Origin: Guillardia theta CCMP2712
Taxonomy: Eukaryota; Protista; Cryptophyta
Direction: 5' to 3'
Length of the DNA stretch: 64,000 nucleotides
Assembly (NCBI RefSeq): GCF_000315625.1
Contig: NW_005434634.1
Span: forward strand, 334,531-398,530
Position 1 is the first letter of the stretch. The number at the start of each line of letters is the position of its first letter. Below the pieces are notes generated by a model that saw nothing but the letters and a program-made list of their open reading frames with translations, made no database searches and was not told where the DNA came from. The translations under genes and the position numbers were made by a program. Of the stretch, positions 35,326 through 47,396 are shown piece after piece.

Positions 35326-36907
35326 ATGGCGGCACGTTGGGCGATGGCGATGGCGGCGATGGCGGCGATGGCGACGACAAGAGGAGGAGGAGCAGCAGGA
35401 GGAGAGAGACTGCTGAAGGATAATCTCGTGTCAGGATCGAGTAGTCTCAGGATGCTGCTGATCGTCGATGGGATGAAGGCTCGTCTACGGGGAGGATACA
35501 ACCCGTTCAAGGATGAAAGGAACCCTTACAGCGGGGAGGATTTCAGCACAGACTTGTCCTCCTCCAGTGTTGAGCCTGAAGTAAGTTCCTGTTCTCTTCC
35601 TCTTTGCAATTTATCCCCTCCCCCCCGTCCCTCTCTCTGCTCGTTCGAGCTCCTGCGAAAGCAATTAACAGTTGTGAAACAGTTTGCAGAACCTCTGAGG
35701 GATGACTTGTCGCGAGATGAAGCGATTGCCAAGTGAGACCTGCCAGTGTGTGCAGGAATGAGGATGATCGTGTTGCAGGTGGTGTCAAGAAGAGGAAGCA
35801 AGAGCAGCTGCCTTCGATCGGATCCCCCCGAACCCCATTGCTATTCCGAGATCAGGTAGTTCGTACGAGATGAGCAGCATGATGATGGTTCTTATGCAGA
35901 TGAGAAGCTGACGGAAGAGATTCTGCGTCTCGTTCATTCCTACGCGAAGCATTCTCAACAGTGAGGTCCCTTGCTGAGCTCTTGGGGTTTTGATGGGAGG
36001 CAGGTTGTTAGAGAAAGTGAAAGGCATTCGGAGAGAGATGAAGAAATACAAGCCGATGGAGAAGAGAGACTGGGACGAGGGGAAAGTAGATCGCAACTAC
36101 AAGAAATGGATGGCGTCGAGGGAGCTGCTGAAACGAGATCTCAACCCTATCCTCATTGAAAGGAACCCCAACGAGACAATCCTAGAAGCTCTCAAGGGAA
36201 ACCTGACGGATCTGACCAAGAAGAATCACTTCTTTCAGAACATAAGGAGGTGAGGGTGAAGAGTTTGCTTGCTCTTGTTGCAGTGTCATGTTTCCTGCTG
36301 CTGGTTTCATCTCACTTGCTCCAGCATCAACAAACTTCTCCTCCAGGGTCAGATGAACGGCAGCTTCATAATGATCATGGCTGCTGACGTGATCCCATTC
36401 GACATTGTCGGCCACCTACCAGTTTGCTGCGAGGAAGCAGACATTCCATATGTGTTCGTTCCTCATCAGGTGAACTCTGCAGGATGATCTGAAGCACATC
36501 ATTGATCCTGCTTGCATTCCCAGTATTACCTCGGCATTGCAGCCACGGTGCACGGAGGTTTCCCGTCGTCGTGTTCCGTTGTGATGCTGAGAAGGTAGGA
36601 TGATTGAGATGATGGAGGTGATGGTGATGGAGATGGTGATGGAGATGGAGATGGAGATGGAGATGGTGATGGTGATGGTGATGGTGATGGTGAATGCTCG
36701 CCTTTATGATCTCTAGTTGTCTTGACGTGTCTCAGGGCTGAGGATAAAAAACTCTACAAGAAGTTCGACAGGTCAGGGCAAACTTGCGGTTTCTTGCTTT
36801 GATTGCGTTGCAGAGTTCATAAACAGGTCAAGGAGTTGGATATGACCAGCTCCTGGGCCAGTTGCAGAGAAGACGCATCAATATATTACAAGTACTATAG
36901 AGGATAG
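35326..36907 (+). CDS. L7Ae-family protein (NHP2/Snu13-like) with signal-peptide-like leader and RLRGG motif
   Basis: PNPIAIP..ADEKLTEEIL and IIMAADVIPFDIVGHLPVCCEEADIPYVFVP..LG.A; leader MAARWAMAMAAMAAMA...KARLRGG. Confidence 0.8.
36607..36692. repeat. (GATGGT/GATGGA)n hexamer tract, intronic
   Basis: Seen directly. Confidence 0.85.
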
Positions 36908-36980
36908 AACGCGGACATGTAAGAAGGTGGAGAGGGGAGAGGAGTAAAGACGGGGGGAGAACGGATGCAACGAAGGACGT

Positions 36981-37556
36981 NNNNNNNNNNNNNNNNNNNN
37001 NNNNNNNNNNNNNNNNNNNNNNNNNNNNNNNNNNNNNNNNNNNNNNNNNNNNNNNNNNNNNNNNNNNNNNNNNNNNNNNNNNNNNNNNNNNNNNNNNNNN
37101 NNNNNNNNNNNNNNNNNNNNNNNNNNNNNNNNNNNNNNNNNNNNNNNNNNNNNNNNNNNNNNNNNNNNNNNNNNNNNNNNNNNNNNNNNNNNNNNNNNNN
37201 NNNNNNNNNNNNNNNNNNNNNNNNNNNNNNNNNNNNNNNNNNNNNNNNNNNNNNNNNNNNNNNNNNNNNNNNNNNNNNNNNNNNNNNNNNNNNNNNNNNN
37301 NNNNNNNNNNNNNNNNNNNNNNNNNNNNNNNNNNNNNNNNNNNNNNNNNNNNNNNNNNNNNNNNNNNNNNNNNNNNNNNNNNNNNNNNNNNNNNNNNNNN
37401 NNNNNNNNNNNNNNNNNNNNNNNNNNNNNNNNNNNNNNNNNNNNNNNNNNNNNNNNNNNNNNNNNNNNNNNNNNNNNNNNNNNNNNNNNNNNNNNNNNNN
37501 NNNNNNNNNNNNNNNNNNNNNNNNNNNNNNNNNNNNNNNNNNNNNNNNNNNNNNNN
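36981..37556. other. Assembly gap (576 N)
   Basis: Run of N. Confidence 1.
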
Positions 37557-40205
37557 CTCCTTCATGCTCTCATTCTGCTCCATGAGCTTCTGCTGAATAT
37601 CATCGACCTGACCGGGAAGCGTCAAGCAAGAGGGAGGAGGAGGAGGAGGAGGAGGAGGAGGAGGAGGAGGAGGAGGAGGAGGAGGAGGAGAGGGGAAAAT
37701 ACTTGATTTCCATTCCAGGACAAGCTTGTGCTGCTGCTTTTGCGCCATCTTCGAAACTCTGCATCCAACTGTGTGAAGGCAGGAAGACAATTCTTGCCAT
37801 CCAACAACGTCTGAATCCCTGCCTCCCCCCTTTCCATCTTTTCCCTTCCCCCTCGTCCTCGTCCTCGTCCTTCTCGTCCTCGTCCCTGTCCTCGTCCTCC
37901 TCCATCACCACCTGAGGTTTTCTTTCGTGATCTTCAGCTCGTGGATCGTTTCCTGCAGCTCCCTTGTGATCTCTTTGAATTTCTCCGGTCCGAAGTGTGC
38001 AAGCGCCTCATTCAGCTCCGATTCAATCTGAGTATCTTTCAGCTCCTCTTATTCCTCTCCCTTCTCCCAGCCTTTTCCCTGCCCGTGCCCCATGGCTGTC
38101 CCCCCTGCCTCCTCCCCTCGTTCTCGTCCTCGTCCTCGTCCTTCTCAACTTCCATCCGGTTGCATCAAACCATTGTTCTTCTCCCTCTTCTTTGCTCTCC
38201 CTGTCTGATCTTGAACGCTCCTCGTCTTACCTGCGCTTTCTTCTCCCGCAGCATTTGCTCTTCCTGTTTCTTCTGATTCTGCAGCTCAACAACCTGTGCA
38301 ACTCTTAGGGACTCCACAACAATGCGTCCTCCTCCTCCTCCTCCACCACCACCACCACCACCACCACCACCACCACCTCCTCCTCCTCCTCCTCCTCCTC
38401 CTCCTCCTCCTCCTCCTTTCCTCTTTCGGACCTTCTCCTCTAGCTCCGTAATGTGCTTCTTTGCTGCCTCCAGCGATGCTCTGCCCCACAGTCACCCTCC
38501 TGACAGGGGGAGAGGTCTTCTCCTCCTTCACCTGCTCTTGGTCAGCTGGATGACCGTAGCCGCTGCTTCCTCCGGGGTCTTTCCTATGGCTTCCGAACCA
38601 CGTCAGATGGAACGAGAAGAGAGTGAGAGAGGAAGGGGAAGGGGTGAGGGCAAGCGGAGGGTGGAAGGCGGAGGGGAGGCATCAGAGAGAGGGAGCGGGA
38701 AGGGGGCGAGTGAGTGAGTGAGTGAGTAAGTGAGAGGGAACGGGCGGAAGGGGGAGGGAGGGAGAGAGAGGAAGAAGGAGAGGGAGGGAGAGAGGGAAGG
38801 GAGGGAGGGAGGGAGGGAGGGAGGGAGGGAGGGAGGGAGGAGGAAGGAGGGGAGAGGGAGGGAGGGGAGAGGGGGAATACAAGATGCAGTCTTGACTGTG
38901 ACTTCTAATCCTTTAATCTGCTCCTGCTGCTCGGCATTAACCTGAAACGATTCATAAGAAGATCTCTTCATACCCTCCACCTCCTCCGACACCATCCAAC
39001 CTCCTCCTCCTCCTCCTCCTCCTCTTCCTCTTCCTCCTCCTCATCACCATCATCATCATCATCACCATCACCATCACCCTCACCGCAATGAGATTCATTT
39101 TCTCTGCCTCCAACGCTTTGATTTCTTGGCCTCTTGCATCCAACTCTGACATTTCAAACGTCAAAGGCAGAAACCTGGCCACCACAACCTCCAACCTGAT
39201 CGGAAGAAACTTACTTCTACCTTCCTTTCACTCTCTAGCCTCTGCGCCTGTGCAGGATGTCAGAGACAAGTCGCCTTTGGATTCTTCGCATCATCACCTC
39301 CTCTACCATCGTCTGTATTTCTCGCTCCTTCATTATCAACTCCTGAAAAACTCACATCACAACAAGCATCGTCAACTCCTCTGCACCGTTCTGAAGTTTT
39401 CAGCCAGCTCGCGCAAGCCCTCCAGCACTACGGTCTTCTCGGGGTTGAACAGCAGCAGCTCTTCTCTTATCTTCTTCATCAGCGTCTGCCAACTGTCAGT
39501 CTAGCATGCAGCCCTCAACGACTCGATCTCTACCTTCTTATCTTCGTCTAGATCCTTCTCCAAGCTCCCGGGAGCTGCGGCCGCGTAGAGTTTCTTCTCC
39601 TCGTCCTCGAAGATCTGAATGCAGTCAGGAACCATCTCGGTCGCTGACTTGGATGGCTCAGAAAAGATGCTGTATCGCAAGCTCTCAAGCTGCTGCTCTT
39701 CGCGCATGAACGTGTCCGCCTGCCATGACGGGTTTCAGCGAGCCTGAGGACCGTGGGAGGCTCACCGGGTAGACAGAGATGCTCTTTTCGTGTGATGAAG
39801 ATACAGGAATCGAAGTTTGAGCCAACTTCTTGTCTGCAGAAGCTATAAGAAAGAGCTCATGATTCAACCATTCTACCCACCCCTTCCACGTCGGATCTGT
39901 GGCAATATACCGCTCTCATTGCCCTCTGGTTTTGGAACTGTCTTGGCAAATGTTGAAGGAGAGGACCTGTGCTGCGGTGTGAACATGTTTCAAGTGAAAA
40001 ACTCTCGATCTCTGCGACTCCTCTAATGATTTCTTCAACTCAGCTACATGTCCTTGCTTGCCATCACTCCTCATCGTCGTCATTCTCCCCTCCTCCCTCC
40101 TCCTCCTCCTCCTCCTCCTCCTCCTCCTCCTCCTTCTTTCTCCTTGTCCTCGTCCTCAACACCTCCATCACCTGCCTCCCAGCAGCAGCAATTTTCTCTC
40201 GTCAT
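37557..40205 (-). CDS. Hypothetical coiled-coil protein; 3' part runs into the gap
   Basis: Exons MTRENCCCWEA|AELKKSLEESQR..., ADTFMREEQQLESLRY and further E/K/Q-rich exons between (GGA)n introns. Confidence 0.6.
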
Positions 40206-40394
40206 TTTAAAAAAAAATGACGTAACGCACATGTAACGGGAGTTGTGGTATCGGGGGCAGCGATACGGCCGGGGCCGGGTGGAATGGTGGAGGGTGTAGA
40301 GTGTCGGGCAGCGGCGGCGGGAGAGGAGGATGGCAGAGGAGGAGGAGGAGGATGACGATCAATCGCTGGTTGGGACAGCAAGGAGAATGCCAAC

Positions 40395-41795
40395 ATGTCA
40401 CAGGAAGTTCTCCTGATTTTCGCGATGCTGCTGCTAGGCGCGGTTGGCTACGGTCCGGACCCGTACCCCACTTGCCTGGAGGACATGTTTCTGGGTCAAG
40501 ATTCCCCATCGAGAGAGCATCAGGCAGTGATGAGTGTGATATCTGTCGACATCCTCGCGCTCGAAGTCTTCCGATCTTGCTGTGACCTCATGAAGTTCAG
40601 TCCAGGTGTCCTCCCCTCCATGCGAAGTTCCTCAGCTGATTTGTCTGTTTGCAGAAGAATCTGAGCCGTCCAACAGGATGCTAGGACAGAAGAGGGCAAG
40701 GAAAAAGAATGAGGACAGGCTGCAGGCGAAGAAGCGTTTCTTGTGCGAGGTAGCAGGATGTGATCTCCCCGCCACGTTCTCCAGAGCCGTCGGGGAATCG
40801 ACGAAGCTCGTTGCTTGCCACAAGCACAGGAGGTTGGACGACATGGACAGCAGACACAGGCTTTGCCAACAACCGGGATGCTCGATCCAGGTCTGATCTC
40901 TTTGCTGCTGTCGTCACCTTACGGGAGCACAGGCATCATACGGCGATATCTTTCAGGACCGGCCGGTTTTCTGCTCAGCTCACAAGAATTCTTCACATGT
41001 GCATCTGCACGGCAAGCACTGCACGTACCCGTCGTGCGTCCGATGGGCATCGTATGCAGACGGCAAGGGATCAGAGCCCACACGATGTGCTCGACATCGC
41101 TACTCACACCAAGTTGACGTTCGAAACCGAAAGTGCGCCTTTGGAAACTTCTCCTGCAGCAAGCAACCGTCCTACGGCTTGCCGAACGTGGGAACTGCCG
41201 TCCACTGTGCCCTACACCGACAGGTTTGACAATCTTGTCCCTACTGTCTCCCCCGCACTGACGAGGAGAGCGCGAATAGGAAGATGAAATTGACCTCAAG
41301 AATCAGCTGTATCGCTGTCAGTATCCCTTCGGATGCCGTAACTCATGATCCTCTTGTCTGCCCCCTCGCTGACCGTCTGGGATAGAGCGAAGAGCGTCCT
41401 ACGGCAATCCGTTCAACGGTGAAGTTGCATTCTGCAGGCTTCACAGAGACGTCACGCATCTCAACATCCGTTACGGCGTCTGCGCCGTTTGCAAGAGGCA
41501 GGCGAACCTTATCGACGTGAGGACGTGGGTGTCGGGGCAGGTGAAGAGGTACTGCGAGGATCACAAGACAGAGATGTCACTCAGCTTGAGGGAGATTATG
41601 AAGTTCTCTGCTCATCAGGATTCCTTCCTGGAGTTCCAGCAGAACTGTTCCCGGGTGGAGCCAGGTTCCAACGACCTGACGAAAGCGATAGCAGTGCAGG
41701 TTCTGCGCATGAAGCAGCTTGCTCGCACGTTGGATGGAGACCGGAAAGGAATGACGAGCCCGCGACAGCAGGGAAAGAGGCTAAGAAGGCGATAG
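40395..41795 (+). CDS. EsV-1-7-type Cys/His repeat protein with signal-peptide-like N-terminus
   Basis: About six repeats of C-x3-4-C...A.Y/F...C-x2-H...D (e.g. CTYPSCVRWASY...CARHRYSHQVDVRNRKC). Leader MSQEVLLIFAMLLLGAVG; basic cluster KRARKK. Confidence 0.8.
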
Positions 41796-41946
41796 AGAAT
41801 TGGAAGAGGTCCAGGGAATTCATAGAGTATCATAGAAAAACGTCAAATCCTTTGATGTACGACGACAGCTGGTGTTCTTACTTCTTCTTTCCGTCTTTCC
41901 TGCATCGTGGATCAGTAAACAAAGACGCTTACACAGACGCTCTTTG

Positions 41947-43918
41947 CTAACGCCACCTGTTTGACTTCGGCGTGTTCGGAGCTTTTGGGGAATCTACAAG
42001 GAAGAATGAATCAGAGGGTCGTACACAGGAAGTAAGAGAAGACAAACCGGTAGGGGAAGCGACGGGAGGGATCGCAGAGACCTCGCAGGGCTCCATGGAT
42101 ATGTTCTCCGGCTTCTCCGCTTCCTCCTGCTACCTCATGTCAGTGTTGGCTTCATACTGTCGCACCAAGTCACCTCAGTCCCTGCTGCAGACGCCTCTAC
42201 GCTAGCCCCTTGATCGATTGAGGCGAAATCCTGGGAGGACTCGGAAGCTAAGCTCGAGGACTGACGAGCAAAGAAAGGGTCCACGGATGCGCACAAGTCA
42301 GAGAATCCGTTGTCGCTGCTGGGGTCCTTTGGTGTGACGGAGAGAGAGTAGTCGTCCATGATGATAGGAATCTGCTTGAGAGACGTCCAGAGGTTCTTCA
42401 TCTGCATCGTGTCGCTCTCAGGCGATCTCACTGGCTCCTGCTTCTCCTCCTCATTCCCTGCATGGTCCAGCGGCTGACCCGCCAAGAACCGCAGCCTCTC
42501 TAGCCCGCTGCCACGCGCATGAACTTCGCTGCTCGTTGTAACCGTTGAACGATTCCCTAAATGCTCTACGATCATGCTTCCTTGCTTGGTCACCAGTGAG
42601 TCTCTCGTTCCGTTTTCATTGTCCTCTTCCTTGGCAGCTGAAACCTCCTCTACGCTTGGCTTCACGCTCATCATTTCTTCGCTCTCTACGTGCAAGGACG
42701 GGAAATCAAAAGCTTCTTTCGCGATTGAAGCTATCATGGAGCTGGAGACGTCATGGTCATCAATGGTCGGCAACTCTCGGACGAGTTTCCACACATTGGG
42801 AGAAGATTTAACTGTTTCCTTCGAACTTGAATCGTCAGAGAAGACAACATCTTCAGCTTTGATTCCACTGAGAAATATGTTGACCGACCTCGGAAAGCTC
42901 TCACGCAAACTATCTTGGGATGCAATCATCTGAGAAACAAGTAAATTACAATTTCACGTTTACAAGGCAAAGAGACCACTTACCTTGTCTGATTCTGTCA
43001 CATCTTGATACAAAAACTCTGTGTCAAGGGGCATCGACTTCAATGCTCGCCAAGTATTGACTGACAATTCCCCTTTGTCAACAAATTCGTCGGTATCGTG
43101 CGCTTTTTCGCTTTGCTCTACATCGCAGCTTTGCTCGATCCGTTTCAATTCTCCGCCTTGACGCTGAAAGTCTTGTTGCAGTGCTATGATGCATTCGTTG
43201 ACTTGTTTTTGCGTCGGCGATCCGATCTCTGTGAGCCACTGAATCATGCTCGGCTTCACCTCACCGTCGCAAGCTTGACTAATTTGTTTGAGAGCATACA
43301 TGACATTGATGCGGTCTGCCTTCACTTCCTCGCTTTGCAGAGTTCTCGCACAAGACTCCTCCTGGTCGTTCTTCTTTCGTCTCTTCTTTCCAGACGACGG
43401 CGATTCCTCACCGGCATGCGCTTTTGGAGAGTGAATCTTGGGTGAAGCAAGTGCCAGGAGCCGCGGGCTAGGCTTGTAGCTGGGGCTTGTTGGTGACGAA
43501 AGGTCAGATAGCTCGTGTGGCAGACCCGAGCTGACGGCGCCACTTCCTCGCACGAGCGGCACTTGCACTTTCCCGAAGGCATGCTGAAGCCCGAGAACCA
43601 CTGAAGTCCTGGGAGGCCCTTGGACTATGCTGGAGACATACTCGATGGGTTTCCCTTGTATCGGCTTCCCGTCGATGGAGAGGAGAATGTCTCCTGCTTT
43701 CACTTTGCCGGAGGAGTATGCGACGCTTCCTGGCTGTACACCCCTGCAATTCATGTAAGAGGAAGGAGGAACGAGTAGATTATGAAGGACCTGATCACAA
43801 ACGTTCCCTTGCTCGTCCTATGCAACAGGATTCCAATGCCAGCCGTGACAGATGAAGTGCTGGAATTCGTCTGAGGCGTCGATGGAGGACAGACAGCATT
43901 CACAGGTTCTACCATCAT
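41947..43918 (-). CDS. PDZ-domain protein with long low-complexity C-terminus
   Basis: GIGILL...FVIR|GVQPGSVAYSSGKVKAGDILLSIDG...VQGPPRTSVVLGL is a PDZ fold. Confidence 0.85.
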
Positions 43919-44845
43919 CTGTAAAGAGACTCAGCTCCCAGGAAAATGTGTGGGATTTGTAAAGATTAAAGCACCGAGCAATAAAAAGGAGGGAAACAGG
44001 AGGGAGGAAAGCGGACGGAGAGTGGAGGGGGGGGAAGAGAGGGAGAGGGGAGGGAGAGAAGGGGAGGGAGGGAGGGGGAGGGGGAGGGAAGGAGTGAGAG
44101 GGAGGGAGAGAGGGAGGGAGGGGGAGGGAGAGAGGGAGAGGGAGGGACAGTTAGAGGGGAGGGAGAGAAGGAGAGAGAATGAGAGGGAGGGAGCGAGGGG
44201 GAGGGAGAGGAGGGAGGGGGAGGGAGAGGGTATGGAGCAGCTGCTTGCATCACAAAGGGATCATCTGCCTGACTCGCCTCGCCCGAAGCCGGACAGCCTA
44301 GGCCTGACTCAAGGGTAGGGGTGGCCCAGGACTAGAGGCATTCCGGGGGGGTAGGGTACGGTGTAACAGGAAGAGACGTACTATTTCTCATGCTGGGTGG
44401 GTGGTGTATCAATATGAAGCTTGTGATGGAGGGGTGGGTAGCGGAGGTTTTTCAGTGAACCCTCATGACTGATCCGGCAGGCCGGGCACTTCAAAGTGCC
44501 ACCGTGAGCATTGTGAAAGTGAAAGTGGCTTCAGGTGATCCGACTTGCAAACGCATTCGGTCCAGGATCTTCCGTCAGCTCAAGGCCTCCCTGTCCTACG
44601 CTGCCATCATCGCGGGTGCATCCCGGTATGCGTCTCATTCCTTCGGCGGCGGCCACCGCGACATCGCTGGCATGGCCGCGCGGGGGACTTGTCCTGCGCG
44701 CCGTTAAGTGAAGGTATCTGTTAAGCTTGGGGGACAGCAGTCGGCAGGATTAGGTTTGGTTCTCGCTGTCTTTTCTCTTCTCGCCGTTTGGCCTGTGCGA
44801 CAGTGTCAGGGTCAAGCCTCCTCGACTCTCCTGATTGTCCTCGTC

Positions 44846-44873
44846 CTGATTTTTAACTTAACTTTGAGTAAAG
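44846..44873 (-). repeat. 28-bp dispersed motif, copy 2 (inverted)
   Basis: ctgatttttaacttaactttgagtaaag is the reverse complement of 29976-30003. Confidence 0.9.
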
Positions 44874-45739
44874 AAAGTGGCACGGTAGGGGTGGACACTC
44901 GGAGCCGCGGCGGGGCCCGGCCCGGGCCCGCCGGGTGGAGGTGGCGGCTCACAGAGTCAGCTTGAACTTGAGCTACTCAGTTCTGCTACCAACTCAGACC
45001 AGTGTCAGCCAGTTACAATGTCACTGGCTTCTGACAGTGACTCTATTCTCAAGAAGCTTTCCACGCCCGTTCTGACGGTCTTTCCATGATCTTTTGCTTT
45101 TCCGTACTCCATCCCATCCCCTAATTAGTACCGTACGTGCGAGAGGAGACTGACACGCCGCCCGGCGCCGGGCGCCGAGTCCCGTACGCCGGGAGGTGGA
45201 CAACAACCACAATCGCCAGGATCCTCACTTCGAAAGAAGGCACACGCGCGGCATTCATGTCCTGTCACAGTCGGCGCAGGCCACGGTTGCATGGGCCAGT
45301 GCTCATTCGGCTCCAAACAGTGCCGGCACCGTCCTCCTGGCCATGAACTTCGGAACCGACTCCACTTTGTGTGCTGTTTATGGTTTATAGAATGTTTAAT
45401 GGTTTTTTTTTGTAAATGCAGAGGTTCAATTCATGGTGACGGCGTTGCGAAGGCCATGTAAGAAGAGGGGGAGGAGGCGGAGAGAGAAGGGGAAGGGAAC
45501 GGGAAGTGATGGAGAGAAGAGAGGAGAAGGAAAGAGGAGACGGGAAGGGGAGGGGAGATTGAGAGGTGAAGGGAGAGTGGTGAGGGGTAAGGGGAAGGAG
45601 AAGTTGGAAGGGATGGGGTGAGGGTGGCGAAGCTGAGGGAGAGGAAGAGGTCAGTAGGGCGATGGAGAGTGAAAGGGTTGCAGAGAGGCACAAACTGACG
45701 TACCGATATTTGCTTGTTGGAACCTATCAACGATGCAGG

Positions 45740-46960
45740 CTTCGTCTGCACGGATAGATCGGGCAATGTCTATGTACTTGCCCTGCTGAGGAAGAGAAGC
45801 TCAGCTCAGCATGTGCGTACAGGTGACCGAGACCGGAGAGAGAGGCGTGAAGCAGCTTTCCTCCCTTGGGTGCGTCGTCAGAAGGTTCACACCACATGTG
45901 CATTGGGAGCGGGGTTGTGGCTGAAGCAGGGAAATCCTTAGGATCGGATACCAGGAGGATCCGCGATCGCCATGCGTACAGAGTGGCAAAGGGGTCGACA
46001 CGATAACGACGAGGGATGGTGGAGAGCACTTGCTGGTGGCAGACAGCACAGCCAACGAGATCGTCGTCATCGACCTCGTCGATGGGAGGATCGAGCGAAG
46101 GATAGGCAAGTACGGCAGCAAACCAGGATGCCTCCACTTCCCCTTTGCCCTTCATGTATCTTTCCCCTGACACGATCCATGTTCTTACTTGTCCCACGAG
46201 GTGACGCGCGACCGGCGGATCTTGGTGTCAGAGAGGCTGAACAAGCGCGTGCAAGAGTTCGATCACTGCGGGCAGTTCGTCCGAGTCTGCATCGCAGGAC
46301 AGAACGCTGGAGGTTCCAGAGGCGTCGATGACACGAGGCTCTGGGGAGAACCTCGTGGGATCTCAACCTGCAAGGAGAACCTGGTCTATGTGGTGGATGC
46401 GGGCAGGCAGGTGGCGGAGAACTTGCATCCTTAACTGTCATCGCCTTTGATGTCTCCTCTCTCAGAATCCATCGAGGGGTCGGATCGTTGTGCTATCAGC
46501 TGACGGATCCTACTGCGGGTCCATCGGGCCGATCTTCGGAGGGAGAAGCTCAAAATTCGGACAGGTGTGAGAGAGGAGGGGAGCATTGAAGTGTCTCTTA
46601 CAGTCCATGACAGTTCAAGAGCATCCTCCTCAACCCCTTCGACGTTGCTGCCACACGCCAAGGAACCGTCCTGGTCACCCACGAGTTTTCTCCCAGCATC
46701 CGAGTAGACAGCGAGGGACAAGAGGAGCATGTGGCAGCAAAGACCGAGCCCTTGTTTGCAGTGATGTCAGAGTTCGATCAGGTCCGTTTCCGGTTGTACT
46801 TCGACCTTGTATTTCTAACAAGAATGTGCAGGCCACAAGGCAATGGCTGCGTTTCATCACGGTGACTTCGGCTTCACCGGGTGTCAGTCTCTTTGGGATA
46901 GCCGTTGGGAATGCTGGGAAGATGGCCGTGCTGGACCACAAGAGCATCTCCGTGATGTGA
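45740..46960 (+). CDS. NHL-repeat / six-bladed beta-propeller-like protein (boundaries uncertain; may start ~45200 and end ~47350)
   Basis: VCTDRSGNVYV, HLLVADSTANEIVVID, ILVSERLNKRVQEFD..GQFV, PRGIST...VYVVDAG and GIAVGNAGKMAVLD. Confidence 0.65.
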
Positions 46961-47396
46961 GAGACTGTTACCTTCAATTTTTGAAACTTGAACGAGAATT
47001 CCTTGTCAAGTTTTTGAAATTTGACTGAGGAGTTCTCTTGAACGCTCATAAGCTTGGCTGACAAAATCATTTGCAAGACCCTCCGGAGAGGACCTGTCTC
47101 TGCATAGGCTCCCATGGGGCCTCCAGGTATTTCTGACTCCATTTCCGCATACGTTCCTTGAAAAACTGATGATGTTGAGCAGAGGATCTTGTGGATCGGA
47201 GTCTTCAAGTCGACCTTGAGTCTGCTCTACCTGCTCCCTCGCGATGGTTTTAAGAGCTGTGCACGAAATGATCGTCTTGACGCACAGCTGACAGGTAGGA
47301 CATGCCCTTTGCTGGTCAAGATCATAGCAGCCGTCGGACACGAGTGACTAGCGCTCTCGTTAGGAGAGAAGGTGTTTGAGGAGGACACAAGTGCTG

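Noticed and set aside
36828-37790. 320-aa and 206-aa ORFs
   Set aside because: Artefacts of reading through the N gap.
40200-40222. Inverted repeat CGTCATTTT...AAAATGACG at a short bidirectional promoter
   Set aside because: A single 9-bp stem around a poly-A run is too weak to support a function.
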